The notes beneath the pieces are model-generated. The model searched no databases. It worked only from the letters and a program-made list of their open reading frames with translations, and was not told the DNA's origin. Made by a program: the position numbers and the translations under genes. Positions 1 to 9,903 of a stretch of DNA of 24,000 nt are shown in pieces. This stretch comes from Candidatus Geocrenenecus dongiae (GTDB lineage Archaea; Thermoproteota; Nitrososphaeria_A; Caldarchaeales; Wolframiiraptoraceae). Position 1 is the first letter of the stretch. Each line of letters starts with the position of its first letter. The stretch spans positions 5,546 to 29,545 of the forward strand of contig JALNLN010000019.1 of NCBI GenBank assembly GCA_023267855.1, written 5' to 3'.

Positions 1-2
1 GT

Positions 3-164
3 GACTTCGCTCTAGAAGTTAGTGATAGAGTTATAGTAATGGCGGATGGTGTGATCGTTGCCGACGGTTCACCAAAAGAGATACTGTTTAATAATAAACT
101 CTTGGAAGAATATGGGCTTGAACCTCCCAGCATACTTCTCTCGAAAACTTTAGAGGTGGGATGA
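3..164 (+). CDS. C-terminal end of an ABC/ECF transporter ATP-binding protein (partial, truncated by the window edge)
   Basis: Frame 3 reads DFALEVSDRVIVMADGVIVADGSPKEILFNNKLLEEYGLEPP..., the typical post-H-loop tail of an EcfA-type ATPase. It stops immediately before an EcfT-like ORF. Confidence 0.8.
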   Translation, partial: DFALEVSDRVIVMADGVIVADGSPKEILFNNKLLEEYGLEPPSILLSKTLEVG

Positions 165-878
165 ATGAAGCTTGAGATAAGTTGTGTTACGAAGATTCTC
201 CTCCTCCTATCCATAATAATTCTCGCTTTTATCTGTAGAGATCTACTACACCTACTCATTTTATCGTTAACAGCGTTCAGTATAATGGCTCTACTTAATA
301 GAGGGATGCTGTTTAACTGTGTGAAGATTGTTATACCTATGTTGATTGTCGCATTTATAACCTGGACTTTGTTTAGAAGTTACTCCATATTCTATGCGGG
401 GGGTGGAGACGTAGATTGGTATTTTGGTTCATTCATGACCGTTAGACTTTCAGCCGTACTGGCAACATCTTTTATACTTGTCTCTACAGTAAAACCTCTC
501 GACCTCATTAAAGCTCTCTTATTCTTCAAACTTCCCCGGAAAGCTGTGTTAGTAGCAGGATTAACATTCAGACACATACATACCGTTGCAAACGATTATC
601 GTACAATTAAAGAAGCATTAACATCTAAAGGCTTCGAGTTAGATAAAGGCTCACTAATAAAGAGAATCAAGAATTATTCTCTAGTAATAGTACCTCTCTT
701 GGTGCGTTGTATTGAGAATGCTGAAAAACTATCTCTAGCATTAGAGTTGAGAGGAATAAAAATAGAGAACTATGGAAGATTTTCAGAAAAGCTTAGTGGA
801 CTCGATATATTGGTAATGACTATTTGCGTCATATGTATAGTCTTCGCAATCTTATATTACTGGATAGGTGTCTTTTAA
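165..878 (+). CDS. ecfT: Energy-coupling factor transporter transmembrane protein (EcfT/CbiQ-like)
   Basis: 237 aa, multiple hydrophobic helices, RHI and EALTSKGFELDKGS / ALELRGI motifs typical of EcfT coupling helices; follows the ATPase tail. Confidence 0.8.
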   Translation: MKLEISCVTKILLLLSIIILAFICRDLLHLLILSLTAFSIMALLNRGMLFNCVKIVIPMLIVAFITWTLFRSYSIFYAGGGDVDWYFGSFMTVRLSAVLATSFILVSTVKPLDLIKALLFFKLPRKAVLVAGLTFRHIHTVANDYRTIKEALTSKGFELDKGSLIKRIKNYSLVIVPLLVRCIENAEKLSLALELRGIKIENYGRFSEKLSGLDILVMTICVICIVFAILYYWIGVF

Positions 879-1494
879 AATGTTGGAGAGAGTTCTACTA
901 TACCGTGGTCAGAAAACTTATGAAACAATAGTTAAGAACATTCGAAGAGTTCTCCCAGTAGTTAAAGTAGATGAAGGATTATGGATAGCTTCTAACGCAG
1001 ATGTAATTCTTGGAGATGTAGAGTTCATATCTAACGTAGCTAAACTTATCTCTGACATGATTGTAGAGTTTAGACCTGACCTGATAGTTACTCCTGAAGC
1101 TAAATCTATAGCATTCGCATACCAGGTAGCCAGAGAACTAGGCCACAGTAGAATAGTTGTAGCACGGAAGAGTGTAAAATCATACATGGAGAGCTATGTA
1201 GTAGAGAATGTTAAATCCATAACTACGAACAGTGTTCAAACACTTGTGCTCACAGCAGAAGATGTTAATAGAGTTAGAGATAGGAAGATATGTATTCTAG
1301 ATGATGTTGTATCAACGGGAAGTACACTAACAGCGTTAGAGAATTTAGTGGATAGAGCTGGCGGCCGAACAGTTTGTAGAGCATCAATATGGTTAGAGGG
1401 GCCATGGTATAAGAGAGAATTACTATACCTTAGTGAACTACCTATATTTGTAGGTGAAGAGAAGTTTAAAGAACTTAACAAACAGTTTAAGTAA
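868..1494 (+). CDS. Phosphoribosyltransferase-family protein (adenine/hypoxanthine PRTase-like)
   Basis: PRPP-binding motif ICILDDVVSTGSTLTALENLVDRAGG; overlaps the end of ecfT. Confidence 0.8.
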   Translation: MSFKMLERVLLYRGQKTYETIVKNIRRVLPVVKVDEGLWIASNADVILGDVEFISNVAKLISDMIVEFRPDLIVTPEAKSIAFAYQVARELGHSRIVVARKSVKSYMESYVVENVKSITTNSVQTLVLTAEDVNRVRDRKICILDDVVSTGSTLTALENLVDRAGGRTVCRASIWLEGPWYKRELLYLSELPIFVGEEKFKELNKQFK

Positions 1495-1518
1495 GATCAT
1501 GAAATAGGCTAATCTTAA

Positions 1519-2667
1519 GTGATATTCATGATCGAGAGGAAAGAAATACTGGAGATCATAGATGGCTACGATTTAGATAATCTCTGTATTGCTGTTCTCG
1601 GCAGTCACTCTGCTCTGGAGATCTGTAGAGGAGCGAAAGATGAAGATTTTAAAACGTTAGTGATATGTCAGCGTGGTAGAGAGAAAACCTATGAAAAATA
1701 TTATCGTTCAAGATTGAAGTTTGGTAAGAAGGTTGGATGCGTAGACGATGTAATAATTCTAGATAAGTTTAAAGATATTGTTAAGAATGAAGTCCAGAAA
1801 GAAATTAGGGATAGAAATGCCGTAATCGTACCACATAGATCCTTCTGCGTATACGTTGGTTACGATTCTATTGAAAATAATGTAAAGATACCATTATTTG
1901 GTAATAGGTTTCTCTTGAAGATAGAAGAGAGGGATGTAGAGAAGAACCAGTACTATTTACTAGAGAAATCCGGCATACCTCACCCAAGAATAATTCGTGA
2001 CCCATCTGAGATAGATTGTTTAGTGATGATTAAAGTTTCAGAAGAAGCTAGAAGTTTTGAGAGAGCGTTCTTCATAGTTTCTAGTAGGGAAGAGTACTAT
2101 AAAGTGTCAGAAGAACTGGTTAGGAAAGGTATTACGACAAGAGAAAAATTGGAGAAAGCTGTGATTGAAGAGTTTATTGTAGGTTCTCCTTTTAATTTCA
2201 ATTTCTTTTATTCCCCACTGGACGATGAGATTGAGCTTCTAGGGATAGACTTGAGAAGACAAACAAACATAGAAGGTATAACGAGACTACCAGCACCACT
2301 ACAATCAGAATTATTAAAATACCTAGATATTAGAAACATAGAAGTAGGTCACATAGCATGTACACTAAGAGAATCACTACTTGAGAGAGTTTTCGAACTT
2401 GCAGAAAAATTTGTTAAAACTGTAAGAGAAGAGTATCCTCCAGGTGTTATAGGACCGTTTGCTCTTCAATCTATAGTAACTCCTGGACCACCACGTGAAG
2501 AAGTATTTGTCTATGATGTGAGCGTTAGAGTACCCGGATCTCCTGGAACAAAGTTTACTCCATACTCTGAATACCTCTGGGGCCATGGGTTAAGTGTTGG
2601 TAGAAGGATCGCTATGGAGATACGTGAAGCAGTAAGACTTGGAAAACTAGGTGAACTGGTTACATGA
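1519..2667 (+). CDS. PurP-like (formate-dependent IMP biosynthesis ATP-grasp family), divergent paralog
   Basis: LGSHSALEICRGA motif and overall collinearity with the next ORF (e.g. FGNRFLL, PGVIGPF, Y..YLWG..LSVGRRIAMEIREAVRLGKLGELV). The glycine-rich GAKGGSGYF segment is replaced. Confidence 0.75.
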   Translation: MIFMIERKEILEIIDGYDLDNLCIAVLGSHSALEICRGAKDEDFKTLVICQRGREKTYEKYYRSRLKFGKKVGCVDDVIILDKFKDIVKNEVQKEIRDRNAVIVPHRSFCVYVGYDSIENNVKIPLFGNRFLLKIEERDVEKNQYYLLEKSGIPHPRIIRDPSEIDCLVMIKVSEEARSFERAFFIVSSREEYYKVSEELVRKGITTREKLEKAVIEEFIVGSPFNFNFFYSPLDDEIELLGIDLRRQTNIEGITRLPAPLQSELLKYLDIRNIEVGHIACTLRESLLERVFELAEKFVKTVREEYPPGVIGPFALQSIVTPGPPREEVFVYDVSVRVPGSPGTKFTPYSEYLWGHGLSVGRRIAMEIREAVRLGKLGELVT

Positions 2668-3764
2668 TCTCTAGAGATGAAATACTTAAAATACTCTCAA
2701 AATATGATGAACATGGTCTAAAAATAGCTACTATCTGTTCTCATTCAGCTCTACAAATATTTCACGGTGCTAGAATGGAAGGATTGGAAACATTAGGTAT
2801 AGCTTTACCCAGCACTAAACCATACTATGAAAGCTTCAGTCTCGCAAAACCAGATGACTTCATTATAGTTGAAGATTACCGTAAGATCTTAAGAGAAGAT
2901 TTGCAGAAGAGATTGATAGAAGAGAATGCATTGATAATACCGCACGGGTCTTTTGTAGAATATGTTGGAGCTGGAAATATACTAGAAAAATTCTATGTGC
3001 CAATGTTTGGGAATAGGCTAACACTATACTGGGAAAGTGATCGAGAAAGACAATACGAATGGATCATGGAAGCAGGTTTACCTCACCCAAAAAGATACTA
3101 TTCACCAGAAGAAATTGACAAGCTAGTTATAGTTAAACTATGTGGAGCTAAGGGAGGATCAGGATACTTTAAAACTTCTAGCACTTCTGAATTCTACTCT
3201 AAGATTGCAGAGTTAAGAAGGAAAAAGATCATTGGAGAAGATTCAGGATACATTATTGAAGAATTTATTCCAGGTGTCAGGCTTTATCCACATTTCTTCT
3301 TTAGCCCTATTAGGGAACCAAACCTAATCTCTCTTCCCTACGGATCATTAGAGATTCTAGGTATGGATCGTAGACTTGAAGTTATAGATGAAATCCATAG
3401 AGGATTGCCTGAGACAATTGAAGATTTCCTAGATTTCACAGTTGTCGGGAACACGCCAGTAGTAGTAAGAGAAAAATTAATCATAGATATCTTAGAAATG
3501 TCTTCGAAGATAATTCAAGCATCTAGAAAACTTTTTCATCCAGGTTTAATAGGACCTTTCTGCATAGAAGTAATGTATCATCCAGAGAAGGGTTTCAAGA
3601 TATTTGAAATTTCTACACGTATAGTTGCTGGAACAAACCTGTATCCATATGGATCACCATACTCTTACTATTACTATAATGAACCAATGTCAATGGGTAG
3701 AAGAATAGCTAGAGAAATAAAAGAAGCAATAAAGATAGGTAAACTAGGAGAATTAGTATACTAA
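2664..3764 (+). CDS. purP: 5-formaminoimidazole-4-carboxamide ribonucleotide synthetase (PurP) family protein
   Basis: ICSHSALQIFHGAR, IIPHGSFVEYVG, VKLCGAKGGSGYF and FIEEFIPGV motifs characteristic of the PurP family. Confidence 0.85.
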   Translation: MISRDEILKILSKYDEHGLKIATICSHSALQIFHGARMEGLETLGIALPSTKPYYESFSLAKPDDFIIVEDYRKILREDLQKRLIEENALIIPHGSFVEYVGAGNILEKFYVPMFGNRLTLYWESDRERQYEWIMEAGLPHPKRYYSPEEIDKLVIVKLCGAKGGSGYFKTSSTSEFYSKIAELRRKKIIGEDSGYIIEEFIPGVRLYPHFFFSPIREPNLISLPYGSLEILGMDRRLEVIDEIHRGLPETIEDFLDFTVVGNTPVVVREKLIIDILEMSSKIIQASRKLFHPGLIGPFCIEVMYHPEKGFKIFEISTRIVAGTNLYPYGSPYSYYYYNEPMSMGRRIAREIKEAIKIGKLGELVY

Positions 3765-3832
3765 GACCACCTATAGAAAAGTTTTATTCAATAAAACTTA
3801 TATTCATCATCACATAGTTGTTTACTTAGACT

Positions 3833-4852
3833 ATGAATAAGATCGCACTTATGCTTTTCTCAACAATGCTTCTATTTTCTGCATTTGTTTTTAGTGTAGG
3901 TTTTTCTTTTAGTGATGATAAGATAGTTGTGGTAACTGTTACTGAGTATCTCGCATCTATAGTGGAGAATGTTGGAGGAGACCGTGTAGAAGTTTCCTAC
4001 ATTATACCACCAAACGTGGACCCTCACCATTATGATCCACCATTAGCTGAGATCATTCAATCTTTATCAAAAGCTAGATTAGTTGTAACTACTGCTAGAA
4101 CACATCTACCTATTGAAGAGAAAATATACAAGGTTGTAGAAGAAGGTTTATTGAAAACAGAAGTGGTTGGGCTGGAAGATTACCTTGAAAATGGGTTAGA
4201 ATTATTGGAGAATCCGAGAACAGGTCAGAGAAATCTTCATGGATACTTCTACTCTATAACAGGAATCAAAGCCATTTCTAAAACCATTGCGGAAAAACTT
4301 TCAGAAATAGACACAGCGTATAGAGAATACTATCAAGAAGAACTTAGATCCTATCTGAAAATGTTAGAGAAACTTTACGATACATCTAAATCTTTGATAT
4401 ATGGAGGCCGTAAAAATGTTGCTCTGTTTTCCCCGATACTGCAATATGTTGTAAAAGATCTAGGATTGAATGTTGAGTATGTGGTTGTTGCGGAGCATGG
4501 TGCTGAGCCTTCGGAAAATGATTTGAGAACACTCCTAGATATGCTTCAAACAGGTAAAATCGATGTCTTTATCTTAACAGATGAAGAAGCTAGCCATAAT
4601 GAAGATCTATTAAAAATACTTGATGAGAAGAATTCCCCCTACATCGTTATTCCACTCAGCATACTTTCAAGAAACCCTGAAACAATCCAGTTCTCGGTAA
4701 CCAATTCCATAAATCTTCTACATTATCAATCTACTAAGAATATTGAAGCTGGATCCCAAACAATCTTGCTCATAGCTTCTATCATAGTTAATATAATCCT
4801 GTTGTCGTTAATAATTATGTTCCTGGTTAAAGTGAGGAGGGTTGGTGGCTGA
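3833..4852 (+). CDS. Metal ABC transporter substrate-binding protein (ZnuA/TroA-like) with C-terminal membrane anchor
   Basis: N-terminal signal-like hydrophobic segment, VTEYLASIVENVGGDRVEVSYIIPPNVDPHHYDPPLAEI motif, C-terminal TM segment TILLIASIIVNIILLSLIIMFLVKVRR. Confidence 0.85.
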   Translation: MNKIALMLFSTMLLFSAFVFSVGFSFSDDKIVVVTVTEYLASIVENVGGDRVEVSYIIPPNVDPHHYDPPLAEIIQSLSKARLVVTTARTHLPIEEKIYKVVEEGLLKTEVVGLEDYLENGLELLENPRTGQRNLHGYFYSITGIKAISKTIAEKLSEIDTAYREYYQEELRSYLKMLEKLYDTSKSLIYGGRKNVALFSPILQYVVKDLGLNVEYVVVAEHGAEPSENDLRTLLDMLQTGKIDVFILTDEEASHNEDLLKILDEKNSPYIVIPLSILSRNPETIQFSVTNSINLLHYQSTKNIEAGSQTILLIASIIVNIILLSLIIMFLVKVRRVGG

Positions 4853-5609
4853 ACTAGTAGTAAAAAATCTTACAGTAGAATTTGATAAAGTGAAAGCATT
4901 AGATAATGTTTCATTCAATTTAGATTCTCCTTTCTTCGCAGTTATTATGGGGCCTAATGGTGCAGGTAAGACAACTTTACTTAAATCTATAATTGGGTTG
5001 GTGAAACCTTCTTCTGGGAGGATAAGTGTTTATGGTTTAAATCCATTTAGAGAAACTGGTAAAGTTAGGCAGATTATCGGTTATGCTCCTCAAATAGTAC
5101 ACATAAACATTCACGTCCCGATGATGGTTAAAGAAGTTGTAGCTATGGGTTTACTGAGCTCTCATTTACCACCTAGAATAATTGAACGTAAAGTTTGGAG
5201 TAAGGTTGATGAAGCTTTAAGGATGGTTGAGCTGGAGGGCTACTCTGAAAAATGGTTTACTGAGTTGAGTGGAGGTGAGAGGCAGAGAGTACTGATAGCC
5301 AGAGCTTTGATAAAGAATGCTAGACTTTTAATACTTGATGAACCTTTCTCCATGCTGGATTTTGAAGCAAAATGTGAGATTGCTAAACTTATACAGAGAC
5401 TTCACTTTAAGATGGGTGTGGATGTATTGATGGTTGCACATGAAGTTAGTCCATGCATAGCTTACGATCCATTAATAATTCTTCTCAATAAGAAGATATA
5501 CGCTATAGGTAAATCTACAGATGTTTTAAGATTCGAGATATTGAAGAAAGCTTACCCAGGTGTGACAGAGTTCCCGCAGGGATTCATTATCGGTGAAGAT
5601 CATGCTTGA
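4842..5609 (+). CDS. Metal ABC transporter ATP-binding protein (ZnuC-like)
   Basis: Walker A GPNGAGKTT, signature LSGGERQRV, Walker B LLILDEPF; overlaps the SBP and permease genes. Confidence 0.9.
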   Translation: MVAELVVKNLTVEFDKVKALDNVSFNLDSPFFAVIMGPNGAGKTTLLKSIIGLVKPSSGRISVYGLNPFRETGKVRQIIGYAPQIVHINIHVPMMVKEVVAMGLLSSHLPPRIIERKVWSKVDEALRMVELEGYSEKWFTELSGGERQRVLIARALIKNARLLILDEPFSMLDFEAKCEIAKLIQRLHFKMGVDVLMVAHEVSPCIAYDPLIILLNKKIYAIGKSTDVLRFEILKKAYPGVTEFPQGFIIGEDHA

Positions 5610-6405
5610 CATAGTGGTAATGATGTACATTGCTTCTGTTCTAAGCGGTTTGATAATAGGTTCAGTTGGAGTAGTTATTGCAACTTCTAGAATCATTACC
5701 TTAACCTTAACCATACTTCACTCAGTGCTCGGTGGAGGATTACTAGCAATATATTTAAACAGCGTATTGAACTTAAATCTTCCCGTACCGTTAATCTCAA
5801 CTTTATTTGCTATCGCTCTCTCGATACTTGTAGGAGAACTTGTAGAGAAGGGTCTACATGAAGATTCTTCCATAGCTTTAGCCATCTCGATCGCAACCAC
5901 TACAACAATATTCTTCGGATATTTGGCCAGCCGTACTTCAAGCATGGCTTTATCTAAAGCCTGGGCACTTATTGCAGGCTCTTCAGCACTCGTAACAATA
6001 GAAGACTTGGTAAAGCTTTCACTAACCTTCTCCATAACTCTACCAGTGATTTACGTATTCTTCGGAGAATTCAAGTATATAGCATTTGATGAAGATGGTG
6101 CTAAAGCTATGGGCTTGAACGTAAGATTATATAGATACTTATTGTATTCTCTAGCAGCTTTATCTGCCTCCATACTTTCTTCTACAATTGGTATTCTAGC
6201 AACACATGTAGTCTTAGCTGTTCCAGGAGTACTCATAATGAAAATCTTTAAAAAACTAAGTATCTTCTATTCATGTATTATGACAGTGCTTGTCATGGTT
6301 GTAGGTTACATTCTTGCAGGTATATTTAACCTACCGCCCAGTGGAGGTGTGGGTATCATGTCCCTTATAGCTATAGCTGTGGGGGCTTTCTATGGTAGAT
6401 CTTAG
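5593..6405 (+). CDS. Metal ABC transporter permease (ZnuB-like)
   Basis: 270 aa multi-TM ABC-3 family-like protein (LSILVGELVEKGLHEDSSIALAISIATTTTIFFGYLASR); overlapping operon position. Confidence 0.85.
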   Translation: MKIMLDIVVMMYIASVLSGLIIGSVGVVIATSRIITLTLTILHSVLGGGLLAIYLNSVLNLNLPVPLISTLFAIALSILVGELVEKGLHEDSSIALAISIATTTTIFFGYLASRTSSMALSKAWALIAGSSALVTIEDLVKLSLTFSITLPVIYVFFGEFKYIAFDEDGAKAMGLNVRLYRYLLYSLAALSASILSSTIGILATHVVLAVPGVLIMKIFKKLSIFYSCIMTVLVMVVGYILAGIFNLPPSGGVGIMSLIAIAVGAFYGRS

Positions 6406-6835
6406 TCAGAGAGAGATAGATTACCTAATCGTAGTCTTCAAGAAATGTAGAGAAGTAGGATACGCTAGAAATAAAGAGATAGTTAAAGAACTAAATGTAT
6501 CGAAATCCACTGCTTCTCTAATGTTAAAGAAATTATCTAAAATGGGGTTAATTAAAAGATCTAGAAGAAGGATAGAGCTAACCAGTAGAGGTAAGAAGAC
6601 TTTAACAGAATTATCTTGGAGACACTGTGTAGTTGAGTGTGCTCTATCTTCGCTGGGAGTATCTCCAAAAGATTCATGTAGAGCTGGATGGAAGATAGGT
6701 ACCCTCCTTTCTAAAGAGATGATTGAAGAACTTTGGGAGAAGCTTGGTAGACCAGAAATATGTCCATGCGGACTCAAGATTCCAGACATACCTCAATACA
6801 AAGAGATAACAAACTATCATATCTGTAGAATCTAG
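6392..6835 (+). CDS. DtxR/MntR-like metal-dependent transcriptional regulator
   Basis: N-terminal winged HTH (NKEIVKELNVSKSTASLMLKKLSKMGLIKRSRRRIELTSRGK) followed by a Cys/His-containing region; last gene of the metal ABC operon. Confidence 0.75.
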   Translation: MVDLSQREIDYLIVVFKKCREVGYARNKEIVKELNVSKSTASLMLKKLSKMGLIKRSRRRIELTSRGKKTLTELSWRHCVVECALSSLGVSPKDSCRAGWKIGTLLSKEMIEELWEKLGRPEICPCGLKIPDIPQYKEITNYHICRI

Positions 6836-7119
6836 AACCGTTTTTCATCAACAATCTTAACGGTCTTCAAAGATAGAATCATCATAGAAATTATATCATC
6901 GAGTGTGTAGAGGAGAGAGAGAAGAGTTCTACATGATTCTACAAGTATCTTGACAACATTATCTTCTACTTTAAGAGAGATTAACAATCCATGTGGAAGA
7001 GGAAAATTATCTGGATTAATAGATCCAGAGATTATTCTGGCCTCCTCAGAACTACTGAATACTAGTTCTAGGAAAGCTTTAGCCTCAACTACAAGATCTT
7101 CTCTTCCAGAATCACACAT
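6832..7119 (-). CDS. pcc1: KEOPS complex Pcc1-like subunit
   Basis: 95 aa with FSSSEEARIISGSINPDNFPLP...SLLYTLDDIISMMILSLKTV pattern; location beside the S15/DHH/L15e genes. Confidence 0.65.
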   Translation of the reverse strand: MCDSGREDLVVEAKAFLELVFSSSEEARIISGSINPDNFPLPHGLLISLKVEDNVVKILVESCRTLLSLLYTLDDIISMMILSLKTVKIVDEKRF

Positions 7120-7173
7120 CTCGAGAATATCTTAATTTGTCTAATTTGATAAATCTTACTCTTAAATGTATTT

Positions 7174-8604
7174 CTACTTTGATTTGAGGAGTTCTCCAAC
7201 AATATTGTCTACCTCAGCTAAGAACATAGTCTTTTTTGCTAGCGGAATTTCTGCCCCCGCTGCTACATCATGCCCACCGCCAACTCCGCCAACGTTCTCA
7301 GCTGCCTTCCTCATCACATAGCCGAGGTTCAATCCTCTACTTACAAGTTTATTTGAAGCTCTGGCTGATATCTTGACTTTATCTCCTACTGTGGCCAACA
7401 TTATGAGGGGTTTATCTTCTGGGAGGAGTTCTGAAGATGAGAGTATGGAGGATGCTGAACTAACCATCCTATCATCTATAAACGTTCCACCATCTATGGC
7501 TACTATATATTTTAGTTCTTGCCAATTCTCTCTCTTAACAACATAGTCTAATACTTCCGAAAGCTTCTTCCTATATTCTTCTAGAATCTTTTGAGCCTGC
7601 ATTAGTAGTTCTCCTCTAGACCCCATAGCTATAGCTATACCTACCCATTCATTTCCAGTTTTTGCACAAGCATTAAGTAGAGAAGCAAATTCTCTAGCAT
7701 CTTTAAGAGGTGTCCAATCTTCTTCTCTAGTAAGTTCATATACTTTTCCAACAAGCTGTTTTACTATACTCGGTGGATAGTTAAGAGAAGATAGATACTT
7801 CATTAATCCATTGTATATCGTCTTCTTTTCTTCTTCTGTAAGTTCTGCGAAAACTCTCCACCTATCGTCTTCTTTCAATTTTATCTTTAATGAGCTTAGA
7901 AAGCTTACAGCATGTGCTTCACTTCCAGTAATGGTCGGTATGTATGGGCTTGTCGTCATCGCTAGAGCTAGATGGAGCGGTCTATAGGTTCTTCCATAGA
8001 ATAGTAAATCATCCACAACCTTAAGGAGACCAAGTTTTACAGAATCTTCAACAATCATTTTATTTAATCCTGTAAGTTCTCTTCCTTCAGAAGATTTATC
8101 TTGTAGATCTCCTAGAGCTCCTACAACAGCTACTGTGGAGAGTGTAGTATTTTCTTCATTTATCTCTCTAGCTAAGAAGTATACGATACCAGCACTACTT
8201 ATTTCTCTCGCTCCATCTACATTACAGATATGCGGGTTTACGTGTACCCAGTCTCTAGGTACATCAGCTTCAGATTCAAATTGATGGTGATCTAGGATTA
8301 CTGTAACCCTATCTCCAATTCTTTCTTTCAGAATCTCTAAGTAACCACTACCTATATCTGTCAATACTGCAACCATGTCTCTTGGCATATTCTGGACAGA
8401 TGTTAAGACTTCATCTATACTTCTAACAGCTCTAGTTATGAATTTAGCATTAGACCTTAAGAATAACATAGAAGCGATTGCTCCAGCAGATAGCCCATCA
8501 GCATCTGTATGACATAAGATCATAAATGATTTACCCTGTTCGATAAGTCCACTTAATTTATCCGCAGACTCATTAACCAAGTTCAAAAACTCTCTATAAC
8601 CCAT
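7174..8604 (-). CDS. DHH-family phosphoesterase, archaeal RecJ-like
   Basis: CHTDADGLSAGAIA, LTDIGSGY, DHHQF and GGVGGGHDVAAGAEIP (DHHA1) motifs. Confidence 0.88.
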   Translation of the reverse strand: MGYREFLNLVNESADKLSGLIEQGKSFMILCHTDADGLSAGAIASMLFLRSNAKFITRAVRSIDEVLTSVQNMPRDMVAVLTDIGSGYLEILKERIGDRVTVILDHHQFESEADVPRDWVHVNPHICNVDGAREISSAGIVYFLAREINEENTTLSTVAVVGALGDLQDKSSEGRELTGLNKMIVEDSVKLGLLKVVDDLLFYGRTYRPLHLALAMTTSPYIPTITGSEAHAVSFLSSLKIKLKEDDRWRVFAELTEEEKKTIYNGLMKYLSSLNYPPSIVKQLVGKVYELTREEDWTPLKDAREFASLLNACAKTGNEWVGIAIAMGSRGELLMQAQKILEEYRKKLSEVLDYVVKRENWQELKYIVAIDGGTFIDDRMVSSASSILSSSELLPEDKPLIMLATVGDKVKISARASNKLVSRGLNLGYVMRKAAENVGGVGGGHDVAAGAEIPLAKKTMFLAEVDNIVGELLKSK

Positions 8605-8650
8605 TCTACAAATAAAAGATGTTTAAGCTGAATTAAAGAATTTACAGTAT

Positions 8651-9097
8651 CTACTTATACGTGTATACAAGTTTTGGTTCCCAGTCTTGTGGGAGTTCTC
8701 CAATTCTCTTATAGTATTTGACAAGTCTGTGGATTTTTGCTTCAACAAGCTGTAATCTATGTCTATTGTATCTATCTGATCTATTTTTCTCTAAATGTAC
8801 CCTCATTCTTCTAGCTCTTTCGAGAAGATTCATAAGATCTTCTGGAATTTGAGGCTTTAACCCATTTTCTTCAAGAATTTGTTTAATAGATTTCCCTGTA
8901 ACTTGTTTTACTAACGGTATCCCATGCCGATCTCTAAGTATGACGCCGATAAGACTTGGAGGATATCCTTCTCTCGCATACTTAACTACTAATGCTTCTA
9001 CTTCTTCTGGAGTAACTTTCAGCCAAGAAGGTGGAAGCTTACTTATAGGTCTCTTAGACCCAGACTTCCCCCTCCTCCTAGCATGCATCCTAGCCAT
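8651..9097 (-). CDS. rps15: 30S ribosomal protein S15 (archaeal/eukaryal S13-type)
   Basis: [25 protein letters not shown]...[27 protein letters not shown]...[45 protein letters not shown]. Confidence 0.95.
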   Translation of the reverse strand: MARMHARRRGKSGSKRPISKLPPSWLKVTPEEVEALVVKYAREGYPPSLIGVILRDRHGIPLVKQVTGKSIKQILEENGLKPQIPEDLMNLLERARRMRVHLEKNRSDRYNRHRLQLVEAKIHRLVKYYKRIGELPQDWEPKLVYTYK

Positions 9098-9223
9098 TCA
9101 ATCCTACCCAAGATAAGCTCTCAAGAACTTCTATTTAACAATAAACTTCTAAATGTTCTAGAAGAGATATCGTGAATCTGCTTACACTCTTAAATGTTGG
9201 GATTGTCTTATCAGAATATTATG

Positions 9224-9751
9224 TTAGGAAGTTTGTTTTTTCTTTTCTGTTTTCTTCTTTTCTCTTCTAGCTATATGTTTTAAGAGTGTGTTCGGTAACT
9301 GTATTTCTTTATCTTTTCTTATTGATGGATGGTGGGGATCGACCATTATTACTTCAAACCATTTATACATTCCATCTTCTGCTACCCAGTATGCTCCTAG
9401 AGGATAGAGGTTTGGGAACTTCTTCTTAGCATGCTGTATCGCTTCTTCCTTCATCGAGACATTTACTTTATGTTTAACGACTCCGATAGCTTTCGGTCTT
9501 CTACCAGCTCTAGGTCTAGGTTTCTGGAATCCTCCCCTCCTAACCCTAACCCTAACAACGGCAAATCCCTGTTTAGCTTTATATCCAAGTTGTCTCGCTC
9601 TATCAAGTCTAAGAGGTTTATCAACTCTAACAACCGCGGGCTGTCTTCTCCACTTAATCAACCTCTCCTTCATCAATGCTCTAAGTTCTTCAGGCTTCTC
9701 TCTCCACAATTCGTTAAGCTTACTGTAAAGCGACATCCCTATTCTCTTCAA
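9224..9751 (-). CDS. rpl15e: 50S ribosomal protein L15e
   Basis: MSLYSKLNELWREKP...RLDRARQLGYKAKQGFAVVRVRVRRGGFQKPRPRAGRRPK...NLYPLGAYWVAEDGMYKWFEVIMVDPHHPSI. Confidence 0.95.
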   Translation of the reverse strand: MKRIGMSLYSKLNELWREKPEELRALMKERLIKWRRQPAVVRVDKPLRLDRARQLGYKAKQGFAVVRVRVRRGGFQKPRPRAGRRPKAIGVVKHKVNVSMKEEAIQHAKKKFPNLYPLGAYWVAEDGMYKWFEVIMVDPHHPSIRKDKEIQLPNTLLKHIARREKKKTEKKKQTS

Positions 9752-9903
9752 TCAAGTATACAGCATCTATATAATGTTTACGGTTTTTTCCTAAAAATAC
9801 GATAACAACTCAGTCATGAGCAAATGCTTTAAAGATTTAGTGTGACCATGGTTAACTATATTTTTGAATTTTGTTGATTAAAAATCGTAGAAGATGTTTA
9901 TGT

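Noticed and set aside
5526-6236. Minus-strand ORFs opposite the permease gene
   Set aside because: Antisense to a clear multi-TM permease; low-complexity shadow translations.
6421-6789. 122-aa minus-strand ORF opposite the DtxR-like gene
   Set aside because: Shadow ORF; the plus-strand product has a recognisable HTH and sits in an overlapping operon.
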